Source: Ancylonema sp. (Eukaryota). From it: 33,165 bases of DNA. Shown in pieces: positions 1 to 11,428 of the stretch; position 1 is the first letter of the stretch, and the number at the start of each line of letters is the position of its first letter. Both the position numbers and the translations under genes were made by a program. The stretch covers positions 62,001 to 95,165 of the forward strand of contig JBFLGF010000064.1 of the NCBI GenBank assembly GCA_050230475.1. Direction: 5' to 3'. Under the pieces are notes generated by a model. The model ran no database searches and was not told the DNA's origin. It was given only the letters and a program-made list of their open reading frames with translations.

Positions 1-1124
1 GAGCAAAATGCCCTGTCGTGTACCTATTGCAAGCGACCCAGGCATGAGCATGAGGCCTGCACCGTTATGCGGCAAGATGCTGCAAGCCANATCCTCCCCT
101 CCACCAGACTTGGCAGCAAGCCAAACATTAGCAGTTCAGCGTCACGCGACATCTGCACCCTCTCCTGAGCAGTGGCAATGTCCCTTGCATCTGCCATGCT
201 CATCTTAGGCAGTCCTTCCCCATCCCGCCTCTGCTCCTCTGCTCTTAGCTTCGGGCCGATGACCCGCCTCAACCCTCCCGACAGACAGTCCTCAGAAAGC
301 ATGCCGCTTGACGTGCACTGACCATGTGCGGAACCAGGTTGACGGTGATTTTGGAAAGGTCCTCGTAAATCGAGTTAGCGGTCGCCCCTGGTGCTGGCCT
401 AAAGTTCTAAAACTCCACCAACCATTCAGACCCACCGGTTGCAAAGCGTGTTCTCAATTTCTGGAAGAACCCCTCGAGATCAGGAGGTTCCGCTTGCACC
501 GGCACAGCAGGATGTCCCAAGAGTCCGGATGTGAGCCGCATCAGCTGCCAACTCGCCTTCTGGCCGTAGTAAACGCGCCAGATCACTCTGACCGCATCCA
601 CAACTTGCGCTATTGCCAAACCCGGGTTTTTAGGGTCAGTCGGGTTCAGCGACCAACGGTAATCGTCTGAGACTAGCTTGGCCTACCCCTCTACGTGGGC
701 AGCCATCTTCTTTACGAACTCTCACTGTCCGTACTCCCCACTTCTTTTGAGAGTTCCTCTTTTCAGCCTCTCACATGTCTTTGACGTTCTGAATGAATTG
801 CCACTGAGCCACCCCTCCTCCACCTAAATACTTTGGCACATCCAATGCGTTGTCCATCTGTGCCTCCTCCTCTAAACTCGCAAAATGCAATAAAGGATGA
901 GCCGCAAACACACGTACCGGAGGTACAAAAGTCGGTGGTTGATACACAACAAGCTAAAGATTCGGCACTCTAGCCTCTCCCTTTGAGTTTACATAACCGT
1001 GAAAGTCAACCGATTTTGCCTTGGAACGAGACCTATCGCTCGACGATTCACTACCACCGGCTCCTCCCCCACTATCCACTGTCCGCACCAAACGTATGTT
1101 CTCATCGCGAGACTAGACAGACAT
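1..1124 (-). pseudogene. gag: Degenerate Ty3/gypsy-like gag remnant (runs off the left edge)
   Basis: Stitched minus-strand translation gives VPKYLGGG..QWQFIQNVKDM*EAEKRNSQKKWG / EFVKKMAAHVEG*AKL / LEGFFQKLRTRF..VEF*NFRPAPGAT, which resembles a retrotransposon capsid. Multiple stops and frameshifts. Confidence 0.55.
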
Positions 1125-1329
1125 GAATTACCTGACTCAAGACTGTCCTAAAACTACCACCTTGGGTTATCAGATCTGAACTATGCGTTGAAAATCTTGC
1201 TCAGGTTTTGAATTTTTTTCTTGCGTAGCATTACGCCAGAGTGANATGGCATTGGCTGACCACCTCTACATCGATCGATATGTCGACACCAAACAAAAGT
1301 CACTCAGTGCTTACCATTGGATGAGAAAC

Positions 1330-1620
1330 ACCGACTATACCAATCTTCGATTATGGCGCCGAAAATGTCACCATCGGTACCAAATTTTATAAACAGCTTA
1401 AGCTCACCTCACACGACCTTGACCCTCACGAATAATATGTACTTCGGATGGAAAATACCAACAATCTTTGGGAACCACAAAGAAGGCATCTACCATTACT
1501 ATCGAACATGGCAAGAACCAAACTCCGGTAAATGCCAAGCTCCACCTTACACCTTCCGACAAGTATGATGTTTTACTCGGAAGCACTCTCCTCGGACCGA
1601 TCGGAGATATTTTCATGGAG
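1330..1620 (+). pseudogene. Retropepsin-type aspartic protease remnant of a Gypsy-like polyprotein
   Basis: IFDYGAENVTIG (DYGA at 1349-1360, a degenerate D[ST]GA), flap-like TSDGKYQQSLGTT and C-terminal YDVLLG occur in the correct order across frameshifts. Confidence 0.75.
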
Positions 1621-2214
1621 TCAACATTTTCACTACATGTTCGACTAGAACAAACAAGGAATACACCGTGCCTCGGTACCAATCAAGTATACTTTACCAC
1701 ATATAGCATCAATCCAGTGCCATTATATGGAAGATAAAGTTACATATACCTCGGCACATACCTTCATGCATATTCCAAACGAGGATTTGTTACATTCAAC
1801 AAAAGAGGAAGATGTTTTGACCGAACTTGAATTCCGACTCATGGAAGAAGAATTATACAGCGAACCACAAAACTATCGCGACGCACTAGTCGTCACCGAG
1901 TACCAACCTCACCTCAAAGAATGGGAAACCAACACCATGGTTTATTTGGAAACAACCAAACACTCCGACATACGTAAAGATCATCGACCACAAATCAATG
2001 CTCCAGCCAAAACTATGGCACAAAAGAACGAACAACATGCATTCAACCGACTCACAACACTTCGCATCAACAGTTCACAATATCTACGTACGACCGTCGA
2101 GAAGGTCCAAAACAAGCCATTACCCAAATGGAATGCATGGCAAGGTATACCAATACGTGATGTTGTACCCATTGATCCTACATATACAGCGCTTAGAATC
2201 CAAAGCTTTTCAGA

Positions 2215-3195
2215 ATGGTTTACATATTTGGGAACCATTTGAGGGTATGAGTTGCAGTGGGGCAATCATACACCTCGAAGCCGGAAATATCGGTACATAC
2301 ACACACAGTGATATCGACCAGGATGCACGTGATGTCACCCGCGCAAAATTGCCCAAATTACAAGTACGTTACCCCGGACAATTGCCTACTACTGGAATCA
2401 AAGGTTTCGATACTAGGTTGTCACATGACATTTCAAAAATATCAATGACCATTTGGTATTATCATTCAACAAAGGGGAACCATCGATTTAATTTTTGAAT
2501 GTTAGATGGTTAGCAAAACCGACCAAGGCAAGGGATACTTTGACCGACGATTTTCCTACTTCTTTGATCTGATCCGTGCTATCAACAATCTCATCAAAGT
2601 TGAAAAATACCCACCGGTGTTTATTTTGGAGAACACATATCCGTTTGGTGAGTTGGTCAAGGAAATCCGAGATACAACCACTCCCATTAAGCATTTCCTT
2701 GGCTTCCCGAGAGTTGCTAATGCTTGTAGTTTTGGTAGCACAACACACCAAGTAAGATGCATCAGGACCAACTGGATCTCACCCGATGTATTGAGCTTAC
2801 AATCCCGGACACTCCGGAATTACCACCCTTCGCAAGCATTTTGGAACCACACCACCGAACGAATAAATTATTCAAGGACGACGAGCCACCCTTTACCATT
2901 GTCAACAAGGTTGGACAACTACGACGAGCATTACCTACACTTGTTTCCTACCCAGGGAGTTACCCGTTCAAATTCCAAGGGTACAATCAACCTGGACTTG
3001 GCATGTTTTACAATATCGAAACAAGAGATTGGGAGTAGGCCAATGTCTAGGAACGAGAACGACTCATGTGATCCGACAGTGGAGACACATACACACTAGG
3101 CATTTATGAAAACCAACGCAAAGCTATGCTTTGACGCACAATGGATAGGAATATGGCTAAATGGTTGGGAGGCATACTCATGGCAATTCAAACAC
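2215..3195 (+). pseudogene. C5-cytosine DNA methyltransferase domain, retrotransposon-encoded and inactivated
   Basis: Ordered motifs: I WEPFEGMSCSG (FEG 2238-2246); II HSDID; III HDISKI; IV IDLIFEC* (Cys 2500-2502, next codon TAG); VI FILENT (ENT 2629-2637); VIII GSTTHQVRCIRTN (HQVR 2746-2757); TRD-like VNKVGQLRRALPTLVSYPGS; IX ERERLM* (from 3051); X ML*RTMDRN (from 3126). At least 3 frameshifts and 5 stops. Confidence 0.85.
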
Positions 3196-3332
3196 AACCT
3201 TTTTACAACCTTGCATAGGGAACAAACCCCACCTTGCCAACCAAGGGAAAGGGGGGAGCATCATTCAATAGTTTGTAGCACTGGCCATAGTGTTAGGGCT
3301 AGAGTCAAATTTATTGACAACTCGGCTGTCCC

Positions 3333-3339
3333 TATAAAT
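3333..3339 (+). promoter_or_regulatory. TATA-box-like element upstream of the eIF1A copy
   Basis: TATAAAT starting 57 nt before the ATG at 3390. Confidence 0.3.
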
Positions 3340-3389
3340 CGAAATTACTTATCAAAGTTTTCCACCACACTTGGTGGTTAAACAAACAC

Positions 3390-3838
3390 ATGCTGATGAA
3401 TAAGGGAAAGGGAGGAAAGAATCGCAAAAGAGTAAAGAAGGAGGTTGATGTTGACAAGCGCGAGCTCGTGTTCACAAAAGTCGGAGAAGAATACGTCCAG
3501 GTTATGGAGATGCTCGGTAATGGTATATGCGAGTCGACGTGCATCGATGGTACAAAACGAATTCGTCATATTCAAGGCAAGATACAACAGAAGGTTTGGA
3601 TAGTTGGTGAGGATATTGGGCTGGTAGGCTGACCTGACTATCAGGATGATAGAGCGAATGAAAATTTGAGATTCAATCCGGATGAGGCTCGACTACGTAA
3701 GCCATATCGAGAGTTGCCCGAAAATATTTGTCGCAGTAAGGGAATCCCGGAGGAGTCGATGAGGACGAAGACGGAGAAGGAGACGATAACATCGAGATTG
3801 AGGATGAAAATATTGATATGATTTATAAGTATTATTAA
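3390..3838 (+). pseudogene. eIF1A: Eukaryotic translation initiation factor 1A pseudogene
   Basis: NKGKGGKNRKR..KRELVF..MLGNG.CE..CIDGTKR..HI.GK..KKVWI-like sequence, an in-frame TGA at 3630-3632, continuation PDYQDDRA..PDEARL..Y.ELPEN, then a frameshift into the acidic tail EDEDGEGDDNIEIEDENIDMI. No introns in the CDS. Confidence 0.92.
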
Positions 3839-5838
3839 ACTTGATAGATTTTTGCCGTTGTACACTTCCTGGTGTGCCAATAGTTTGAGGGAGCAAAGCG
3901 AGTCTCCGAGAGATGAATTTTCTCCGAGATCGCAGTCCAGCTTACCTCACAAGATTGGTTTATTCGAATATGAACCAGTTGTACCTGTGAGGAACACGAC
4001 TGGACGTTTTCAAAATTTGATCAAGATAGTCTCCATAATTGGTTCCAAACGTGTATCACTATCTCGTTTTTTTGTTCTCAAGTCAGGGCTCTAAAAAAAT
4101 TGCTTCGGATTGTTGCATATTCGAGGAAAAATCATTAATTTGACGATATTGGTCTTCAGTATCCCAGGTTGTGCGGAGAGCCATTCAGATTTTCGTGATA
4201 ACGAGGGCTGCTTGTAGAACTGATGTCCTTAGTTGCGAAGAATAAAGTTTATTGGCCTTGCGTCCCACTCAATATGCCCTCTTTTGCACCCTCACTTTGC
4301 CAACAAACCTTTCACTGCGGATTATTGTCATCCGCAGCCCTTCAATTTATCCAATCTTTGGGAATGTGTGACCAACTCAAAAGCACAAACACGCTGCCTA
4401 ATTTTATTTCAAAGTCTCTTGAATTTTTTTTGACGCGAAGATTTATAACGCCAAAATTTAGTATAGTAAATGACACAATAGTATGGTACGAAAGCGCGCG
4501 CAAATATCATTTTTTTTTTCCCTTTCCCCAAATGTACAAAAGAATGTCACCAAGACATATTGATCGTTAAATTTCAAAGAATGGTGGGGGATGCACTCGA
4601 TGCGATTAAATCGTGGCATCCAAGGAAGGTAGTAAAGAAAGCGAATCGGGAGAGGCCGTGGATTGAGGTACTGCGGCGATTATGTCATTTGCCAGTCACG
4701 AAAAACCGAGATAATACAAAGATTAACGTCAGCATCGATTTTACATGTGTTAATCGGAGAAGTTTGGGTTATTTGACGACAAGTTTCGAACGGCCAAACA
4801 TAAGCCGGTACACGAATTGACGGCTGGTGCGGATAATGGAAACTGAGTGCGGATACGCGTTCCTTACTAAATATTGCCGTCAAACAAACGGGCGAGTTAC
4901 TAACTTGTTTTGTCTCTTTATATTGTGATTGTTAGGTTCCTTGTTCCAACTTTTTATTCTTTATTTATAGAATATTCATTATTATTCAATTACTTAATTC
5001 AGATGTACCGTTCTTCATTCTAGAAGATGTGTATAATTAGAAACAAAACAGAACATCAACAAAACAGTCGACAAACCCCAACCCCAAAAGCAAGACCTAA
5101 GTCGAACGGTGCTACCGATTCTGTTTGAGCTGGCCAGTACGGATACCTGGCGAAAAGGACGTCCGTACTGTTGAGCCGCCCGCGGGCACCGACAAGCGAG
5201 AGACTCTCTACTCGTATTTCCTGGCGTGCCCCCCCCAAAACAAAAACCCAAATAACGGACCAGGTCACGAAAGGACATTGCCGTGCTGGAGATTAAACGG
5301 ATGGAGATCCGACGTGAGAGCGAACACAACCCCGGGAATGGAAGGTGAAGATTCGTCGTCGACCCTGAGCTCGACGGAACCGGAAGCTTGCTATCGGCAA
5401 CAGCCACGTATCTCCAATCCACACTGTCGATATCGAATCCACACTGCGTTCAAATATCTTCTGTTTTGCGCGTGGACGGTTTCCGTGGTGGATCTAGGCT
5501 GGCTCTTTCAGGCCTGCCCAAACATGTGTCACACATGAAATCGGACGGACCGATTGCATCTAACGGCTAGTGCCACTGGTTGCCACACACCGAAGTTGCG
5601 GGATGCAACTCTAGAACGTCAAAACGTACGACCGACCACACGAGGCCAACAATTGTCGATGGGAAGGTTTAACCGTCGCCACAAGAACCTAACAAGAAAT
5701 TGTAAATCTTCTCTCTCATTGTCAGACAAGTCTGTTGCCGCTGCCCCACCTGTATTTTGCCCTGTCTATTACGCGCATCACGCGCTTCATGCGCATCACC
5801 CTCACGCGAGCGTAGGAGCAGTATCGAGGGTGACCAGG

Positions 5839-7749
5839 ATGTGGAAACTCAATTTCTTTAACATGTCAGGGAGTAAGGGTGCCGGGAAGGCCGACGCTGC
5901 TGGCAAAGGCGCTAATGCAAAGAGAGAGGAAGACCTGACCATCTCTGTCGATTTATTTTCTGCTGGATCTGAAACCGAGGACGATGACTGTTATGACAAT
6001 GGAAACAATGTACTCCTGTATGGTCGGATTAGGGACGCAAACCTTGCCGTAGACCACTGCTGTCCTGAACTAATATCCTTGTCGCCCGGCGAGTCTGGAT
6101 TCCCACAGGAGGTGGAGACAAGTGCTGTAACAGCTGTTGTTCCAAGCTCTTCAAGACGGCACAGATTTTTTGGCATTGGGCTAGCGTTGAAGTCACCCAC
6201 TGCTGTCGCGGATGACTCCAATGCCTCATCCTCTCAAAGTCATGAGGGATTTCTACGGGGTGATCCGGACGATGCCATTTCCCCCAACACTAGGTCGTCA
6301 TCTCTCTCCCGTAAAGTTACCAGCTCACTGTGGAAGAAGCGGAAGGTGGCACCATTGCTTTCAATCATTCCCGTCGAGAAAGGGGAGCCATTGCTGAACA
6401 AAGCCTACGGCGAAGAAGGAGGAGATGAAATTGACTGGGATCGCAGACAAGCGGAAGAGGCGGAGGCAGAACATCCGTTGAAACTACATGTGAGAAAACT
6501 GTTCTAAAACCACAGAAGTGCCTTGTCGCAAGCCCATATGCCGTCAAATTCTTTCTCAAAAATGCCCCTGCTGCTGTTTTAGGAGGCCCATTTGCGCAGG
6601 TTTTTCGTCTGCTGCTGTTTTTTGGGTCTTGTCTTGGTTGCACTTTCGTTTTCCCTTGTTTTTCTCTCTTGCTTATGGCCCATGTGTATATCTCGGTATG
6701 TGCGAGTGATGCAGAGAATTGCTGCCTCCGCCAGTAGCGATAAGCTGTACGAGTCTATTTTTGGGGAAAAGTTTTCTGTCGGTTTTTGGGAGACTAAAAA
6801 GATCGTCAGCAGAGACCGGTCCATGCACGTACGCACGCCCGTGTTTTTTGCGTCCTTTGACCAGCGCCACGACAGCGCTGGCGGTCACGGTGCATGCGCG
6901 GCGCTGGTTGCAGTAATGGCAGAGTGGCTCCATACGCATGGTGTCATTCCTACCAAAGCCGAACTGGACGGAATCATCCGCGAGGGATCCTCTGAATGGC
7001 AACGCCTCTGCGGGAAAGAGAAGTACAAAACTGCTGTCCCGGACCAGCACTTCGATCTTGACACAGTCGCGGCTGCCAGGGATGGTTTACTTCAAATTGG
7101 GAACGGATGCACCGCGCTCTTCCAACCGCAGTTGATTCTCGGGTCCACCCCGGCGACACAGGAGGCTGACACAGTGAGGGAGGTCTTGAGCGACTTCATG
7201 AAGGGGTTCCAGTCATTCGATCAAGCATGGGAAGAGCTGGAGGCTGCAGGGCCGGGAATCCACATCATCGCCTGGAACGATCATTTCTTCGTCGTGTACG
7301 TCCCAAAAACTGCTGGTACCTGCTACATCTTTGACACGTTGGGAGAAAGGCTATACGAGGGATGCAACCAGGCCTACATCCTCCGGTTTGACTCTTCCAC
7401 CAGCTTTACTAAGGTGGTTCTTGCCAAGGTGGAACAGCCGGTGGCTGGAAAGGAGTGGTGGCTGGGAGAGGGAGGTAAGTCCCAAGCAGGGGACCGTTCT
7501 TCTCGCTCTGTCACTCCACGATCCAGCTTCTCTTCGACAGATGCGTCTGTGGAGGATGGAGAGTGGACTACTGCCCTTGCACTGACCCCTATGAAAAAGT
7601 GTGGACAATTTGTTAAAGCATTCTATGCAGCTCTTCCTGTGGGGCAGCTGGATCAGGATATTGAGAAGGGTTTGGTCAAGGATACCGGGGTTGCGATTGG
7701 GCGACTTCAAGTAGATGTGCACTCAACATTGCTTCGTGTAGCTGCCTGA
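5839..7749 (+). CDS. Plant conserved uncharacterised protein (At3g11760/At5g04860-like), join(5839..6489,6715..7749), about 561 aa
   Basis: Family motifs WKKRK, KGEPLLNKAYGEEGGDEIDWDRRQ, FFASFDQR..GACAALVAVMAEWL, PDQHFDLDTV, WNDHFFV, FDTLGERLYEGCNQAYILRFD. The two same-frame ORFs are joined by a phase-0 GT..AG intron. The start codon is uncertain because the ORF is open further upstream. Confidence 0.85.
6490..6714 (+). other. Spliceosomal intron (225 bp, phase 0)
   Basis: CAT|GTGAGA donor, T-rich body, TGCAG|AGA acceptor. Removal deletes the in-frame TAA at 6505 and preserves the frame. Confidence 0.8.
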
Positions 7750-8551
7750 GATGTCAAAATCGGGCGTCCAATTGTAGACAATTTTGTATTGCAGCTGATG
7801 CTTGTTAGCTGCAATCAGGTGGAGTTCCGGAGCTGCTGTACCAAATTTTCAGCTGTCTTTTCGATTGTGGGTAGGAGGAGGCTGTCCTTTTTTGGTATTT
7901 GATGGTTCAGAACGTCAGATATTAACTTCATGATTTGTATTTTTGCTTTGAAGTTTGCTGTGGAGACTCTGACCAAGAGAAATCAAATAGAGTTTTTTGG
8001 TTAGGATTTGGTTGGTGAAATGGTTTCTTGGCAATGAAACCCCTTTGGAGTTTTTGGAAATGTGGAGCCTAACTTTAAGTTCAGAAATAGGTTGGCGGAG
8101 GAAAACTTAGGGTAATTCGGATGATTTGAAGATGAGCATGGTGGTCTCCTACTGAAACTTGTTGTACTTCAGCAGGTAGTGTATTTCCGAACTTTAGAGA
8201 TGAATATAGAATATCTGCTTGGCAAAATGTGGGAGAGAAGTTGAAAGTGATTGTTTTATTGTGACTTCAAAACAACATGTATTCGGCAAGGTTAACCTGC
8301 AACCTGCACACTCCATATTTCTATGGTGCCTACCTTCTTGCTTGGTCACAAAGGTCATTGAGCCTGGTGCTAAGAATTTCATGGGCCTTTGGTCTGTGTC
8401 TTCGAACAAATATGGTGTCCTGCCGACTTCGGATGTATACAACTTGTAAAGCTTTGCTTTCATTTTCGACAACCCTCGTTTGTGGACGAGAAATAATGAG
8501 ATCATGAGGTCTAATGACCTAGAGGTACTTCCGGGAAAGGGGGTGGCTTAT

Positions 8552-10110
8552 TATAACAGAAGCTGGTCAAAAGGTGGGTCTTTTTGTATACGGGTCATCA
8601 TACAACAATTGATATCATCATTGCGCCTCGGACGACCCCAAACCGGGATCACTGAATGTGTCCTGGACGTGTCCCGAACTGGGGCGCCTTAGCCATAAAA
8701 AGAGCCCTGAATGACAGTGCATTCTTCTGCCATCGATGCAAGAATAAAGCGCACTTGTTTTTGACTCTCACGAAATCGAATGATCACATCCAAACCGCAA
8801 TCGTTAACGATCACAATCGGCCAATCAGATGATTACCAGCATGTCACCAGAGGATCCCTCAATCCGGGAGCCGTGCACGCCCGCGATTTGCTCGAGCGTC
8901 CCGTGGCCTGACGGCCGCTATACTGAACCGCAACCAAAAGTCAAACGGCTAGTAAATATCCCTCGCTACAGAAATTGAATACCGATCGCTCCATCGAACA
9001 ACTAATTAGTCGTCCTATCGAACTCTGTCGTTATATGAGATTCGATCACTCAGACGTTTGATTTTATAAAAAAATTATACTCAGTAAGTCTAGAAAAGTC
9101 GGTGTACCACGTTTCAGACTTTGATTCAGAGTATTTTGTCGTATCGACGAGTTGCAAGATTCCCAGTGCGCGCCGAGTTAATTTCAGTCAGTCAGCCTGG
9201 CTAGTGAGGTGCCGCACGTGTAAAATCTAGATTTCCAAAATAGACAGTCACGATTAGCTGTCTAGTCGATATTTGTTTTCAGCCTTAGATCAAGATAAGA
9301 TCTAGAATACCCCGCGTGCGAAAAGCCGCGTCAATTGTACTAAAGCCTAAGTGGCTTTCTGAACTGCCAGCTTCCGCTGTCAATTTACGTTGTCTCGATT
9401 TCAACAACCTCTTTGCAATCGTCATCCTATTGCAATCTCTGTGAATTCGTGTATTCTGAAATCGTTTACTTTCGATATCAAGTGTGCCGTTTTTCCTTTG
9501 ATATTCTTTGTGATTTTATGCAAGCTTCGCGTCGCTTCATTCAGTCGTAAGTTTTCTGTGAAATTACTTGTTTACTTGTGCATGTTGTCGCATCACAAGT
9601 TATTGCAAAGCCGTGTGCCGTTCTGCATACGCATCGTGTGAAAATCTGCCGTAGTCTGAATTATCGTTACCCTTGCAATATCGTGACCTTAGCAAGTCGT
9701 TGATTGTCAGCCGTATTGCTAACGTCAGAAATCGTTAAAAGTTCGCTGCACCGTTTCGTGCAAGCTCAGCCAGACAATTCACCCTTTGAATTGCCTGCAC
9801 CCGTTCCCGAATCCGTGAATCGTTTATTCACCGAAACGCTTGATTATCGTAACCATTGTCGTGTGCGTATTCTGAAGCAACCAATCATCAATCATTCTGC
9901 AGCCCTTATAGAAATTCTATAACTATTTGCCTTGAGTCCCATTACCAATAGCGGTCACGTGTTCAATAGTGTTGTAATCTGCGATTCTTGATTAAACCTA
10001 GTATTGTTTTCAAGACCTCCCAATACTTTGCGTCACGTGCATCTTAGCTTTCGGCGAGTAGTAGCTACGGCAAACTTCGTTGATAAGTCACATACAACGC
10101 TTGAATTACA
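8552..10110 (+). mobile_element. Probable long Gypsy-type LTR (about 1.56 kb)
   Basis: Ends TATAAC...ATTACA, read as decayed TGTAAC...GTTACA. Purine tract GGGAAAGGGGGTGG at 8533-8546 just upstream and a PBS-like sequence just downstream. No convincing coding content. Confidence 0.55.
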
Positions 10111-10113
10111 TTC

Positions 10114-10138
10114 TTGTGTTGTCAGTAGGGACTCAACC
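10114..10138 (+). promoter_or_regulatory. Degenerate primer-binding site, probably tRNA-Leu
   Basis: TTGTGTTGTCAGTAGGGACTCAACC resembles the reverse complement of a plant tRNA-Leu(AAG) 3' end (TGGTGTTGACAGTGGGATT.GAACC, recalled from memory). It begins 3 nt after the LTR-terminal CA. Confidence 0.55.
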
Positions 10139-11428
10139 TACACCCAACTACTCTAGTGAGATCCAGATGATGACCCGAAGCCCAATCATAATGTCGCTCA
10201 TTCAGACAAACAACCAAGTCATCAAGTATCCTCCTTCATTTTCATCGACGAAGAAAAATACAAAAAATCATGTTTTGCAGATATTTCCCAAATCTGTCGG
10301 TTTCTTTGAATTTAGGAGATTTCGTCGAGAGGTTGTCTGCCGACTCCATCTGGCAGGTCAGCTGCCATACCGCTAGAGATCGTTAGAAATTAAAGACTCA
10401 TTAATTGTCGATCTGCTTGAAAAATAGCAATTTTGGTGATTGTCGATACCCCAGCCGCCTATCGCACTACCGCAGACCGCTTGCTAGCGACGTCAACTGT
10501 ACCCGGGTCAATACCCGGCCGGGACCGTACGGCATACACGTGCCGCACGTGCGAATAAGTATGACATTTGAACCATTAAAAAATGAAATTAGACTAGTTA
10601 TTAATTTACACGTCAGATTTTGGGTGAAAACCGAAATCGGGCGGAACATTTTGTAATATATTAGCCAGATTATTGATTTTCACAATATAAATTTAGACAG
10701 CTTTCACCGTATAGTGACATCGCAAGCAAAAAAATTGCATATCAATCGAAATACAAAAACCAATAGCGCTAAAATGAACTACATAGTTCCATCTACATGA
10801 AACATTTTTTTTTAGGAATATCATAAAACGTCTAGAAGCTATGCTTTTTTAAACTTGCTTTTGTAAAATCCCGAAATTCAGCGCGCCCGGTAACGAGCGG
10901 CTGGGCGGTGCTCGAGGGCGAAGGCGGATGGGTAATTCTCGCCCGCGGGTGGATATATATGTGTTGGAAACTGCTTCAATACATCATTGAATTCTTGGAA
11001 ATCGGGACTTTCAAACCACGCGCAAATTCATACCGCGTACTGCCGCCAAAGATGTTTGATTCAACAGTAATGCGCCAACATCCGCCGAAAAATCGTTGTG
11101 GACCGTGGGTCCATTGATTCCGCCGGCAGGGTAGCGTGATAATCAATAACCGGCTGATTAATAACCAGTCTCATCTCATAGAAAATCTTCCACCCGCTTT
11201 TGGGTCAGCACCCAAAAGCTTAATTGATAACCTGTGTAAATCAATGTTTTCCCCCGGTCCCGACAAGATTTACTAAGATAGGTATACTCCAGGCGTGAGA
11301 CACGCCGTGTTGTGAACATCGTACTGTGTTGAATGTAGCGTGGGGCCCAACCGCCAGGATCCTAACTGTCCGTTGTCGCCAATATATTCAACCGTCCAAT
11401 CCCCGCCCCATCGCCCAGCCGTGGTTGG

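Noticed and set aside
3244..3258. AGGGAAAGGGGGGAG as the PPT of the DNMT element
   Set aside because: It is not directly followed by TG or a recognisable LTR, and it reads as KGKGG in the frame continuing from the MTase, so it is probably coding linker.
2503..3632. Stop-codon recoding or an alternative genetic code to explain the in-frame TAG/TGA codons
   Set aside because: The stops replace different expected residues (Gln, Glu, Gly) and co-occur with frameshifts, and the intact host gene ends in a normal TGA. Mutational decay explains them.
3850..5540. Short ORFs between eIF1A and the host gene
   Set aside because: No recognisable domain in the frames examined, so no call can be supported.
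6592..6714. Hydrophobic signal peptide or TM segment at the start of ORF 6592-7749
   Set aside because: It lies inside the T-rich intron, so it is a translation artefact.
10380..11330. Possible further MITE or promoter-like GC patches
   Set aside because: I could not identify a convincing TIR pair or TSD.
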